Assembly: GCA_015064725.1 (NCBI GenBank)
Contig: SVRQ01000002.1
Coordinates: 17,972-81,971, forward strand
Direction: 5' to 3'
Length of the DNA: 64,000 bases
Source: Oscillospiraceae bacterium
GTDB lineage: Bacteria; Bacillota; Clostridia; Oscillospirales; CAG-272
The notes below the pieces were generated by a model. The model was not told the DNA's origin. It saw only the letters and a program-made list of their open reading frames with translations, and did not search any database. This document shows, in pieces, positions 18,791-28,890 of the stretch (position 1 is its first letter; every line of letters starts with the position of its first letter). The translations under genes and the position numbers were made by a program.

Positions 18791-19258
18791 ATGATCATAA
18801 GAAGCTATAAACAAACAGACTGCGAGGGAATGTACGCTCTTTTTTGCGATACGGTCCGTTCGGTGAACTGCGCGGACTATACAGAGGAGCAGCTTGCCGC
18901 CTGGGTGGGCGCGGATATATCGCTTGAGGAGTGGGACCTTGCCTTTACGCGGAATTATACCGTGGTCGCGCTTGAAAACGGGCAGATAGTCGGCTTTGGG
19001 GAGATAGATAAAACGGGTTATCTCGATAAGCTGTATGTTCACAAGGATTTTTTGCGCCGCGGTATCGGAAGCGCGATATGCGATATGCTGGAGCAGAATT
19101 TTTGGGAGGGAAAGATAACCGTTCACGCTTCCATCACGGCAAGACCTTTTTTTGCTTCTCGCGGATATGCGCTTATTAAGGAGCAGACGGTTGTAAGGAA
19201 CGGCATACACCTTACGAACTTCGTTATGGAAAAAGAATGTTCTATGTTTGATGAATAA
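18791..19258 (+). CDS. GNAT family N-acetyltransferase (YafP-like)
   Basis: DYTEEQLAAW, IVGFG, LYVHKDFLRRGIGSA, HASITARPFF..RGY. Confidence 0.85.
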   Translation: MIIRSYKQTDCEGMYALFCDTVRSVNCADYTEEQLAAWVGADISLEEWDLAFTRNYTVVALENGQIVGFGEIDKTGYLDKLYVHKDFLRRGIGSAICDMLEQNFWEGKITVHASITARPFFASRGYALIKEQTVVRNGIHLTNFVMEKECSMFDE

Positions 19259-19273
19259 ATACGGAGGGCTTGT

Positions 19274-19975
19274 TTGGCTTATAAATTTGGCGAAAACGAA
19301 ATAGAACGCCTTAAAAAAGAGAATAGAAGGCTCAGGCGCGAAAACGCCTATCTTTCCTACCGCTTGGAGCGTATTTCGCCGCGCGAGGGGAAAAATACTT
19401 CTCGCGAGAGGGAGCTTTTCCTAAAATCGGAGCGCGTGGAGCGCGCACACGGCTATTTTCGGTATGTTTTCGGACTTTTTAAGCTGACTTTGATATACAG
19501 AATATACGACAGGATATTTTTTGCTCTGCGCAAATATATCCTTGCTTCAAGGATATGGCGAAATATCCTTATAATCTTTGCAATATTCGGAACATCGCTC
19601 CAGGCAATTATTACTTTCGGCTCTGTACTTGTGCTTTTGCCGACAGCGGCGCTTTCGGTGCTGGTGTTTGCTGTTTTTTCCGCATATTCGTATAAAAAAC
19701 AGACGGGAAAGCTTCTTGCCCTAATTTCGGGCAAGAAGGCGTATTTTCTTTACCCTGCGGCAGTACCGCAAAAGGGCAGAGCGTTTTACGAAAGTATGCG
19801 CCTTTTTTCCGCGGACGGCGCGGTCTTTGCCGTTACACATTCGTTTTCACTTTGCAAATGGAGAGCTGTGCGAAAGCTTTACGGCAACGTTTACTTTATT
19901 CACACGAGCTTTTACTATACGCTTATAAAAGCGATGATTAAAAACGGTAAAAACGAGATAATTAAGATATTTTAA
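19274..19975 (+). CDS. Hypothetical membrane protein
   Basis: TTG start after ggaggg. N-terminal coiled coil and two central hydrophobic helices. Confidence 0.6.
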   Translation: MAYKFGENEIERLKKENRRLRRENAYLSYRLERISPREGKNTSRERELFLKSERVERAHGYFRYVFGLFKLTLIYRIYDRIFFALRKYILASRIWRNILIIFAIFGTSLQAIITFGSVLVLLPTAALSVLVFAVFSAYSYKKQTGKLLALISGKKAYFLYPAAVPQKGRAFYESMRLFSADGAVFAVTHSFSLCKWRAVRKLYGNVYFIHTSFYYTLIKAMIKNGKNEIIKIF

Positions 19976-20003
19976 ATGAAGATTTTAAAGGAAGGAGAAA
20001 GAT

Positions 20004-23000
20004 ATGGTAAGCTTTATATACGGAAGAACGGGCAGCGGAAAAAGCTCATATATCTATGAAAAAGCCGCGAATACTATAGGCAAGCATATTTTTGTCCTTG
20101 TCCCGGACCGCGCGGCGGTCCTTGCGGAAACGCGCTTTGCCGCCGCACCGAACGCGGGCGATATAGACGTTATCACGTTCCGCAGGCTTTGCAATTTTGT
20201 TTTCCGGCGTTACGGCGGCATTTGCGAAAATTATATTTCTCGCGGCGCGAAGAAGGTAATGATGCATAATACCGTGCGTGCGCTTTCCGGGCTTCTTTCT
20301 TCGTATAAAGACATTGGCGCGGGAGATACCGCCGCCACGGAAAAGCTTATAAGTATGCGCACGGAGCTTGCGAGAAGCGGTGCTTCGCTTTCGCGTCTTG
20401 AGCTTGCGGCGCAAAAAAGCGATGGTGAGGCAGGCAAAAAATTTGCCGATATGGCGCTTCTTTTCACTGCGTTCGATGCCGAGGTAGGCGCACGCTTTAC
20501 CGACCCCGACGGAATGATAGCGAAAATGAACGCACTTCTTTCCGCAAACGATTTTTTTTGCGGCTGCGACGTTTACATAGATTCCTTCGCTTCCTTTTCG
20601 GGCGAACAGCTTGAAACCGTGAAGCAGATAATAAAAAGTGCGGACAACGTATATATCACGCTTCCGTTTGTTCCGAGAGAGGATGCGCGCACGCCATGCT
20701 TTTTCGGCGTGAACGATACAAGAGCGCGTCTTTTTGCCGCCGTTAACGAGGCTGGCGGACAAATTTCAGAGCAAACCGTGCTTTTTGACGTAAAACGATT
20801 TAAAAACGAGGAGCTTTCCTTCCTTTCGCGCAACCTTTTTCCGGGAAACGCAAATGTAAAGGCTGTTTTTGAAAAAGAGCCCGAGCATATTCACGCCGTC
20901 TATGCCGCCAACGCTTTTGCGGAGAGCGAGGCTGTCTGCCTTGATATAGCGCGGCGCGTTCGCGGCGGTGCGCGTTACCGCGACCTCGCCGTTATCGTGC
21001 GCGATACGGCATCATACGCCGGCGTTATAGATGCGATGATGAGAAAATACGGCATACCGTACTTCATATCATCGCGCACGGATATTGCACAGTGTGCTTT
21101 TATAAAATTTTTGCTTTGCGCTCTTGCCGTGTGCGAGCGCGGATTTGGCAGAGAGCTTGTTATATCATATATAAAAACCGATCTTGCGGGTATTACGCCC
21201 GATGAAATAAATCTTTTTGAAAACTACGTTCGAAAATGGAATATAACGGGCGCACGCTTTTACGATGAATACGAATGGAATATGGACCCGGAGGGCTTCC
21301 GCGGAGAGATGAGTGAGCAGAGCGCAAACACGCTCCTTCGCCTTTCCGATATACGAAAGCGTGCAATAAGCCCTTTGCGCGCCTTTTGCGAGGATGTTTC
21401 CGGCAAACACAGCGTGCGCTATTTCTGCGAAAAGCTGTATGATTTTGCCGTGTCTATGGGTGCGCCCGAAAAAATCGATGCGGACGCACGCGCGGCTGCG
21501 GAAAGGGGAGAGAAAGCGCTCTCCTTGGAGCTTGCACAGCTTTTCTCCGTTTTCTGCGACGTGCTTGATGCGCTTGTGAGCGCGAGCGCCGAGGCAGAGG
21601 TCAATGCGGCGGAGTTTACCTCTCTTTTAAGACTTGTTCTTTCCGAAACGGATATAGGAAAAATTCCCACCTCGCTCGATGAGGTGACGGTTTACGATGC
21701 TTCCGCCGGCGGATACGGCGAGTTTGAAGTGGCGTATCTTATGGGGGCGTGCGAGGGTGCTTTTCCTGCATCCGTTTCGGACGACGGGCTCTTTTCCGAC
21801 AAGGAAAAGGAGATGCTCGCAAGCTCCGGAATTGAGATCACCTCCACCGTGGAAAGAAGGATATGCGATGAGCTGTATTATTTTTACTGTGCCGCCTGTG
21901 CGCCGTCGAGTGAGCTTTACCTGACCTACCCGATATATGATAAGTCAGGCAAAAAAACGCGGCGTTCCCCGGCGCTTGCAAGCATTATGCAGATGTTCCC
22001 GAATATGCGCGAGGTCTGCTTTGAAGCCGTGCCGAGATACGAAATGATAGAGCGTGCATGCGCTTCCTTTGAGCATATAATGAAAAAAGACAGTGCGCTT
22101 TCCCGTGCGCTTGCCGCATATTATGCGGAAACGGAAGATTACGCGGACAAAATGAAATATATATTCACGCCGCTTTCATCTGCTTCCTGCCGTATTCCCT
22201 CGGAGGATGCGGTAAGGATATTCCCGCCCGATATGCAAACAAGCTATTCAAGGCTTGAACGATATATAGTTTGCAATTTCGCCTATTTTTGCGAGTATGA
22301 GCTAAAGCTCAAGGACAGCTCCCCTGTGAAGTTCGGGGCTCTTGACGTGGGCAACTTTATGCACAAAATACTTGAGGTTTCCGTGAAATACGCTCTTTCC
22401 CACCCGGACGCTACGGACGAGGAGATGAAAAAAGAGATAAACTCCGTCTGCCGAGAGTACGTGGAAAGCCTTTGCCGGGAAAAATACGCGGCGGTATCTC
22501 CGCGCCTTGTGCGACTTACGGATTACCTTGCAGCCTCTTCGGAACGCTTTGTTGCAAGCATACGGGAGGAATTTCGCGAAAGCAAGTTCCGCGCACGCGA
22601 TTTTGAAATAGTTATCGGTAAGGGCGCGGATATAGAGCCGATACGCCTCAAAAACGAAAACGGCAGCGTGGAGCTGCGCGGCAAGGTCGATCGCGTGGAC
22701 ACCTACGAGGACGGCGATGGCAAGATATACGTGCGCGTTGCGGATTACAAGACGGGCAGCAAAAAATTCGACCTTGCAAACGTGGAAAAGGGCAGGGACC
22801 TTCAAATGCTCCTGTATCTTTTCTCCATATGCGAAAACGGAAAGAAAAGATACGGCGAGGACCTCTCCCCTGCGGGCGTGATGTACGTTTCCGTGCGCCC
22901 TGCGGCGGCGGACGTGGACCTTGGTACGGTACCGCCCGATGAAAAAAACAAAAACAGCGGTCTTCTTCTTGATAACGAGGAGGTCCTTACCGCTATGGAG

Positions 23001-23225
23001 CCTTCGCTTGAGGGAAGATTTATCCCCGTTTCTGTCGCCAAGGGAGGAAAAAAGAAAGGCAATCTTATTGCAAGCGAGGCTTTCGAGGAGCTTAAAAACA
23101 CCGTTGTGGAAACGGTGCTCCGCGCCTCGGACGCTCTGCGTTCCGGCAAGGCGGACGCCGCGCCGTGCGAGCAAACGGCTTGCGACTACTGCAAGATGCA
23201 CGCCGTTTGCAGAGTGAAGAAATAA
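20004..23225 (+). CDS. addB: ATP-dependent helicase/nuclease subunit B (AddB/RexB)
   Basis: N-terminal GRTGSGKS, LVPD, TFRRL. C-terminal S.SRLE.Y..C.F.YF, RGKVDRVD, DYKTG, DLQM.LY and C..C.....C Fe-S staple. Confidence 0.85.
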   Translation: MVSFIYGRTGSGKSSYIYEKAANTIGKHIFVLVPDRAAVLAETRFAAAPNAGDIDVITFRRLCNFVFRRYGGICENYISRGAKKVMMHNTVRALSGLLSSYKDIGAGDTAATEKLISMRTELARSGASLSRLELAAQKSDGEAGKKFADMALLFTAFDAEVGARFTDPDGMIAKMNALLSANDFFCGCDVYIDSFASFSGEQLETVKQIIKSADNVYITLPFVPREDARTPCFFGVNDTRARLFAAVNEAGGQISEQTVLFDVKRFKNEELSFLSRNLFPGNANVKAVFEKEPEHIHAVYAANAFAESEAVCLDIARRVRGGARYRDLAVIVRDTASYAGVIDAMMRKYGIPYFISSRTDIAQCAFIKFLLCALAVCERGFGRELVISYIKTDLAGITPDEINLFENYVRKWNITGARFYDEYEWNMDPEGFRGEMSEQSANTLLRLSDIRKRAISPLRAFCEDVSGKHSVRYFCEKLYDFAVSMGAPEKIDADARAAAERGEKALSLELAQLFSVFCDVLDALVSASAEAEVNAAEFTSLLRLVLSETDIGKIPTSLDEVTVYDASAGGYGEFEVAYLMGACEGAFPASVSDDGLFSDKEKEMLASSGIEITSTVERRICDELYYFYCAACAPSSELYLTYPIYDKSGKKTRRSPALASIMQMFPNMREVCFEAVPRYEMIERACASFEHIMKKDSALSRALAAYYAETEDYADKMKYIFTPLSSASCRIPSEDAVRIFPPDMQTSYSRLERYIVCNFAYFCEYELKLKDSSPVKFGALDVGNFMHKILEVSVKYALSHPDATDEEMKKEINSVCREYVESLCREKYAAVSPRLVRLTDYLAASSERFVASIREEFRESKFRARDFEIVIGKGADIEPIRLKNENGSVELRGKVDRVDTYEDGDGKIYVRVADYKTGSKKFDLANVEKGRDLQMLLYLFSICENGKKRYGEDLSPAGVMYVSVRPAAADVDLGTVPPDEKNKNSGLLLDNEEVLTAMEPSLEGRFIPVSVAKGGKKKGNLIASEAFEELKNTVVETVLRASDALRSGKADAAPCEQTACDYCKMHAVCRVKK

Positions 23226-23256
23226 GTGAAAAATTCTCTGAAAGGAATGAAATAAA

Positions 23257-25098
23257 TTGAAAATACCCGAAAGTATTCTTAAACAAGTTGAAAAACCCGG
23301 CCGCTATACCGGCGGCGAATGGGGCGAGGTCATAAAAGACCCGAAAAGTGTGGACGTGCGCTTCGCTTTTTGCTTCCCGGATACATATGAGATAGGTATG
23401 TCCAACCTCGGTGTACGCATACTTTACAATATCCTCAACGAGCGAGAGGACGTTTGGTGCGAGCGCGGTTATGCTCCGTGGGCGGATATGGAAGAGAAGC
23501 TTCGAGAGCATAAGCTGCCGCTTTGCTCTATTGAAAGCGGCACTCCTCTTTCAGAGTTCGATTTCGTCGGATTCTCGCTCCAATACGAGCTTTGCTATAC
23601 GAATATGCTCAATATGCTGGATCTTGGCGGTATAGAGCTTGAAAGCGCAAAGAGAGCGAACGATGCCCCGATCGTTGTTTGCGGCGGTCCTTGCACCTAT
23701 AACAGCGAGCCTTTTGCGGATTTCGCGGATATCTGCCTTATCGGCGAGGGCGAGGACGAGCTTCCCGAGCTTATGGATATTTACAAAAAGCACAAAGCTA
23801 TGGGTTTTGACCGCGCGGCGTTTTTGCGCGAGGTATCGCATCAGCAGAGTATGTACGTTCCCTCTCTTTATGACGTGGAATATAACGGGGACGGCACGAT
23901 AAAGAGCTTCACACCCAAATTCCCCGACGTTCCCGCAAAGGTGCAGAAGAGAATTGTTAATGATATGGATAAAGCCCCGTTCCCCAAAAACCTCGTTATG
24001 CCCTTTATTCAAACGGTGCAGGACAGAATAGTGCTGGAGGTTTACCGCGGCTGTATCCGCGGCTGCCGCTTCTGCCAGGCGGGTATGGTGTATCGCCCCG
24101 TAAGAGAAAAAACGCCCGAGGTACTTAACGAGCAGGCAAAGATACTTGCGGATGCAACGGGTTATTCCGAAATTTCGCTCTCCTCCCTTTCCATCAGCGA
24201 CTATTCCTGCATAGAAAAGCTTACGGACGAGCTTCTTTCCTGGACGGATGACCGCAAAATATCGCTCAATCTGCCCTCGCTTCGCGTGGACAGCTTTACA
24301 AAAGAGCTTATGGATAAGATATCCACCATCCGCACGGGCGGCATTACCTTTGCGCCCGAGGCCGGTACGCAAAGACTGCGCGACGTTATCAACAAGAACG
24401 TGGAAAAAGCGGATCTTCTCCGTGCTTGCCGCGTAGCTTTCGAGGGCGGCAAGACACAAGTCAAGCTCTACTTTATGCAGGGCTTGCCAACGGAAACGGA
24501 CGAGGACCTTGAGGGAATCAACGAGCTTGCCGAAAGCGTTATAGACGAATTTTACGCAACGCCGGGCAGACCCAAAAAATCTCCGCAGGTAACTCTTTCC
24601 ACGGCTTGCTTTATCCCCAAGCCGTTTACACCGTTCCAGTGGGAGGCGCAGTGTGACCTTGAGGAGCTTCAGCGTAAGCAGAAATACCTTATGGGTAAGG
24701 TTATGAACAGAAAGATAAAATACAACTATCACGATGCCAAGGTGAGCCGTATCGAAGCAATTTTTGCGCGCGGCGACAGAAAGCTTTGCCGCGTACTTCT
24801 TGAAGCGGCAAAGAGAGGCATACGTCTTGACGGTTGGGAAGAATTTTTCGATTACGATAAATGGATGGAGGTTTTCGCAGACCTTGGTATAGACCCCGCA
24901 TTCTATGCAAACCGCGAATTCGGAGAAGAAGAAATATTGCCGTGGGATAACATCGACATCGGCGTTACAAAAGCATTCCTCTTGCGTGAGCGCCACAAGG
25001 CTTACGAAGAGAAAACAACGCCCAACTGCAGGCTTCAGTGCAGCGGCTGCGGCGCAAATAAACTCGGAGGTGAAAGATCGTGTTGCCCGAAAGCGTAA
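23257..25098 (+). CDS. TIGR03960-type B12-binding radical SAM protein
   Basis: VEKPGRYTGGE, FPDTYEIGMSNLG, RGCIRGCRFCQAG (CxxxCxxC), TFAPEAGTQRLR, FIPKPFTPFQW. Confidence 0.88.
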   Translation: MKIPESILKQVEKPGRYTGGEWGEVIKDPKSVDVRFAFCFPDTYEIGMSNLGVRILYNILNEREDVWCERGYAPWADMEEKLREHKLPLCSIESGTPLSEFDFVGFSLQYELCYTNMLNMLDLGGIELESAKRANDAPIVVCGGPCTYNSEPFADFADICLIGEGEDELPELMDIYKKHKAMGFDRAAFLREVSHQQSMYVPSLYDVEYNGDGTIKSFTPKFPDVPAKVQKRIVNDMDKAPFPKNLVMPFIQTVQDRIVLEVYRGCIRGCRFCQAGMVYRPVREKTPEVLNEQAKILADATGYSEISLSSLSISDYSCIEKLTDELLSWTDDRKISLNLPSLRVDSFTKELMDKISTIRTGGITFAPEAGTQRLRDVINKNVEKADLLRACRVAFEGGKTQVKLYFMQGLPTETDEDLEGINELAESVIDEFYATPGRPKKSPQVTLSTACFIPKPFTPFQWEAQCDLEELQRKQKYLMGKVMNRKIKYNYHDAKVSRIEAIFARGDRKLCRVLLEAAKRGIRLDGWEEFFDYDKWMEVFADLGIDPAFYANREFGEEEILPWDNIDIGVTKAFLLRERHKAYEEKTTPNCRLQCSGCGANKLGGERSCCPKA

Positions 25099-25784
25099 AC
25101 GCTGTTAAAACAGATATAAAAGTTCGTGTTAAATTTTCAAAAACGGGAAGCCTTAAATTTATTTCCCATCTTGACCTCAATCGCACGATGCAGTCCGCTT
25201 TCCTCAGAAGCAAGCTGCCCGTATGGTATTCCGAGGGCTTTAATCCCCATCCCAGAGTTGCCTTTACGCCCCCTCTTTCCGTCGGCGTTTCCAGCCTTAC
25301 GGAATTTATGGATTTTAAAATGGTGGAGGAAGTCGAGCCGGAAACGATAGTTGAAAGACTCAACGCTTCTTTCCCTGCGGGGCTGCGCGCAAGCCTTTGC
25401 TATGCGCCGAAAGCACATTTCCGCGATATAAAATGGAGCCTTTACGAAATAAAATTCGAGCTTTCGGGAAATGCACCCGAGAATATTGAAGAAAAGACGA
25501 AAGCGGCCCTTTCCGCAGATGAAATATTCATCGAAAAATACAGCAAAAAGGGCGAACCCAAGATCGTGAATATCGCACAGGGCATTCGTTTTTGCTCCTC
25601 GGTGCTCGATGGAAACGTATTCACGGTAAACGTGAAGCTTTCCTGCGATGAAATGGCGTTCGTAAACCCGAAGTACATCGCGGAGGTCCTTGAAAAAGCA
25701 ATGCCGGAGTGCTTCGCGGGGGCTGAAAACGAGGTCTGCCGTATGGAGGTATATCTTGCGGACGGCGAAACGCTTTTTGCGTAA
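25080..25784 (+). CDS. TIGR03936-type radical SAM-associated protein (DUF2344)
   Basis: FSKTGSLKFISHLDL.R...RS.LP.WYSEGFNPHP. Usual partner of the upstream gene. Confidence 0.85.
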   Translation: MLPESVNAVKTDIKVRVKFSKTGSLKFISHLDLNRTMQSAFLRSKLPVWYSEGFNPHPRVAFTPPLSVGVSSLTEFMDFKMVEEVEPETIVERLNASFPAGLRASLCYAPKAHFRDIKWSLYEIKFELSGNAPENIEEKTKAALSADEIFIEKYSKKGEPKIVNIAQGIRFCSSVLDGNVFTVNVKLSCDEMAFVNPKYIAEVLEKAMPECFAGAENEVCRMEVYLADGETLFA

Positions 25785-25907
25785 TAGAAAATGAAAATTT
25801 AGAAATGAGCCTCCAAATAAGGATGGCTCATTTTTTGTAAACCTTATTAGTTCGACTCTCTTCGGCTATATCGATAAGCGAAGGATAAGCACGAACAAAA
25901 AATATGT

Positions 25908-26070
25908 GTAGGGACAGGCGTCCTAGACTGTCCAAGAAAATTACGGATAAAAGACAAACTTAAATTGAGGATATAAATATTGTTTTAAAAGGTAGGGGAG
26001 CGGCTTGCTGCTCCCGTAAGTGAAAAAATATTTTATTCCAAAACGGACAGTCGAGGACGCCTGTCCCTAC
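25908..26070. repeat. Cluster of GTAG-type REP palindromes (inverted pair plus a middle copy)
   Basis: gtagggacaggcgtcctagactgtcc (25908), gtaggggagcggcttgctgctcccg (25992), and inverted cggacagtcgaggacgcctgtccctac (26044-26070). Confidence 0.8.
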
Positions 26071-26203
26071 AATATATGGCAAATTTCAAAGAGAGCCCAT
26101 TTATGTGTGGATATCTATTCGTTTTATATTGTTGTCTTGACTTTTAGTTGCAAAAGAACTATAATTATTTTAGATTCTATTATATATTATAAGGAGTGAA
26201 GTT

Positions 26204-27529
26204 ATGAAAAAAGTAATAATCATATTTTTGGTGTTATTTATTGCAGTTGCTTTTTGTGCGTGCGTGAATACCGATATTCCAAGCGTAACAACATATAACA
26301 GCAGTATCGATATGACGTCGGAAACTTTTATTACTACTGTAAATACAACATCCGATGTAGTTACGACAACTGCGATTTCCGATACAACTAATACAACCAC
26401 CGCAGAAACCACGACTGCAACAACCGTACAAACGGAATCTGAGGAAGAAAAAGCTTTGAAGGCTCGCTACGAAGCGGCAAAATCGCACTTGGCGGAATAC
26501 GTTGATAAGGGATCTTTCGTCGTTGAAGAAGAATATAAGTACGGCGCGGCGGCAAAATATCTTTATGATGAATTTGAAGCGTTGGGCGATTATAAAGATT
26601 GCAAAGAAATTTTGACCGGGTTTACGGTGCTTCCCAATATGCTTACAAGCATTACTGCGAAGCAAACCAATCCTCTCGGATATGAGATTGAAACAGTATA
26701 TGCATCTTACATGTACGATGAAAACGGAAATTTAAAAAATAACGAAGGTCCCTTTGATTTGAGAATACTCGGTTTTGATGACTATTCTTCTGTATACGCA
26801 AACGATTATTTAGAATATGAATTTGATGATGCCGGAAAGTTGGTGTTGGCAAATTTGATTGTAAGAGAAAAAACGATTGCGGTAATAACTCCCGAATACG
26901 ATGAAAAAGGTAATATCGTAAAAGTTACTACTTTGGGAAAGAAAAAAACTTATACGCAAGCTTATGAATATGATGATCAAAATAGATTGATTTCGAAGAG
27001 TAGCGAGACATATTATTTTGATGAGTACGGAAACTTTTCAAAAATGGAATTGATTACTCATTATACGTATTCCTATGATGAAAATGGTAGACTTGTTGAG
27101 GAAACGAGCAAGAGGCCTTCTTCTCAATATCCCGTGAAGACAACGTATTGTTATAACGATGCTGGAAAAGTGACCGAAAAAACTATTTGGTCCGTTTCAT
27201 CCAATAACCTTATCTGGCACAGTTCGGATTATAAAAACGTTGTTTATAACGCTTCAAGAACAACAACATATACCTACGATGAAAACGGAAATTTAACGTT
27301 GGAATCGTATTTGACTAATTATACAGAATATTTTTACGATGATAACGGTTATCTTGTAAAAGAAACGGAAAAATTGGGTGAAAAATTTTATGATCGTGTT
27401 TATGTCAATGATGAAGAGGGAAAACATATTTCTGCAGAAATCACCGAAACGCAAAACGGAGAACAGATAAGTAATCCGCAGACACTTACATATAATTACG
27501 AAACCCTCTATTTCTACGTTGCAAAATAA
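26204..27529 (+). CDS. Lipoprotein with Thr-rich linker and YD/RHS-like repeats
   Basis: Signal peptide ending in FCAC, Thr-rich stalk, repeated YDENGN/YDDQNRL/YDDNGYL motifs. AT-rich relative to neighbours. Confidence 0.7.
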   Translation: MKKVIIIFLVLFIAVAFCACVNTDIPSVTTYNSSIDMTSETFITTVNTTSDVVTTTAISDTTNTTTAETTTATTVQTESEEEKALKARYEAAKSHLAEYVDKGSFVVEEEYKYGAAAKYLYDEFEALGDYKDCKEILTGFTVLPNMLTSITAKQTNPLGYEIETVYASYMYDENGNLKNNEGPFDLRILGFDDYSSVYANDYLEYEFDDAGKLVLANLIVREKTIAVITPEYDEKGNIVKVTTLGKKKTYTQAYEYDDQNRLISKSSETYYFDEYGNFSKMELITHYTYSYDENGRLVEETSKRPSSQYPVKTTYCYNDAGKVTEKTIWSVSSNNLIWHSSDYKNVVYNASRTTTYTYDENGNLTLESYLTNYTEYFYDDNGYLVKETEKLGEKFYDRVYVNDEEGKHISAEITETQNGEQISNPQTLTYNYETLYFYVAK

Positions 27530-27622
27530 ATTTCTTTCATAAAAACAAAGGGAAATTGCTCTTGCAATTTCCCTTAAAATATGGCATTATAGTATTAAAG
27601 TAAGTCAAAGGCAGGCAAAAAT

Positions 27623-27919
27623 ATGGCGGAAATAATCAGAGATGAAAATAAAGACCTCCTTTTCAAAGCAATACTTTCCCTTGAAGATACGGAGCAGTGC
27701 TACGCTTTTTTCGAGGATCTTTGCACGAAGGCGGAGCTGCGCGAAATGGCGCGCCGTTTCCTTGCGGCAAGGCTTATTTGCGAGGGAGAAAAATATACCA
27801 CCATCGTTGAAAGAACGGGGCTCAGTACGGCAACCATAACCCGCGTCAACGGCGCTTTGCGCGAGGGCTGCGGCGGATATGCGCGTGCGCTCGGCGTTTT
27901 GGGGGCGGATAAAAAATGA
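27623..27919 (+). CDS. TrpR-like YerC/YecD protein
   Basis: LFKAILSL...EQCYAFFEDLCT..E...MARR, TGLSTATITRV...L..G.GGY. Confidence 0.88.
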   Translation: MAEIIRDENKDLLFKAILSLEDTEQCYAFFEDLCTKAELREMARRFLAARLICEGEKYTTIVERTGLSTATITRVNGALREGCGGYARALGVLGADKK

Positions 27920-28665
27920 GCGGACAGTATTCTTCTCTTTCTTTTTTCTATGACGCTTTTATGCAGGACGTGGACTACGGCGCGTGGTGCGATTTTTATG
28001 CGGAGTGCTTTCGCCGCTTTTCGGACGTACCCGTGCAGAGCGTTGTTGACGTCGGCTGCGGAACGGGAAGCATCACCGTGCCGATGTGCGCGCGCGGATA
28101 TAAGATGACGGGTATCGATATAAGCGAAGAGATGCTCACCCTTGCCGCCAAAAAAGCAGAGGAAGCGGGGCAGAGCGTGCGCTTCCTTGCCTCGGATATG
28201 CGTTCCTTTAATCTCGGTTTCAGGGCGGACGGGGCGATATCCTCTTTCGATTGTATGAATTATCTGCTCAAAACGGGTGACGTGGCGGCTTCTCTTTACC
28301 GTGTTCACGAAAACATCGAAAAGGGCGGCATATTCGTTTTTGACGTGTCAACTCCGTATAAATACAAAAATATCCTTGCAGACAACACCTTCGTGTTTGA
28401 AAACGAGGATGCTTTTATGACGTGGGAGAATTACTTTAACGAAAAAACGGGAGTTTGCGATTTTTACCTTACGTTCTTTATCCGCGAGGGCGGGCTCTAC
28501 CGCCGCGAGGACGAGGAGCAAAGGCAGAGGTGCTATTCTCTCCGGACGATAAGAAAAGCCATACAAAACGCAGGCTTTTCCATCGTTTGCGAATGTGCGG
28601 ACGTGGATTTTTCGCCCCTTATGGAAGAGAGCGAAAGATGCTTCTTCATATGCAAAGCGGAATAG
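27916..28665 (+). CDS. Class I SAM-dependent methyltransferase
   Basis: YD.FM.DVDY, VDVGCGTG, GIDISEEML, DMR, GGIFVFD. Confidence 0.88.
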   Translation: MSGQYSSLSFFYDAFMQDVDYGAWCDFYAECFRRFSDVPVQSVVDVGCGTGSITVPMCARGYKMTGIDISEEMLTLAAKKAEEAGQSVRFLASDMRSFNLGFRADGAISSFDCMNYLLKTGDVAASLYRVHENIEKGGIFVFDVSTPYKYKNILADNTFVFENEDAFMTWENYFNEKTGVCDFYLTFFIREGGLYRREDEEQRQRCYSLRTIRKAIQNAGFSIVCECADVDFSPLMEESERCFFICKAE

Positions 28666-28890
28666 ATATAAGGATATATTTCAAAATTGAAAAACCAATG
28701 CAAGAATACCTCGTCGAATTTTTCCAACGAGGTATTTTTCTTATGCGATAGAAACGCTCCGTAAACGGAGCGCACGCCCCAACGCTATACTTTTTTTGCA
28801 TACGACCAATACTTTTTTTCAAAACTATTGAAAATAAATTTATAATGTGATAAAATATTTTTGATAAAATTTTTTTGGAGGTTGAAAAAA

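Noticed and set aside
20004-25784. Nuclease plus radical SAM genes as an anti-phage defence system
   Set aside because: The nuclease is a typical AddB, and the radical SAM pair is the widespread TIGR03960/TIGR03936 housekeeping pair.
26204-27529. RHS polymorphic toxin paired with the Imm26-like gene
   Set aside because: There is no RHS core terminus or toxin domain, and the immunity-like gene is about 27 kb away.
28700-28790. Hairpins upstream of pgk as a riboswitch
   Set aside because: I recognise no riboswitch consensus. They lie upstream of the likely pgk promoter and fit a terminator of the preceding operon.
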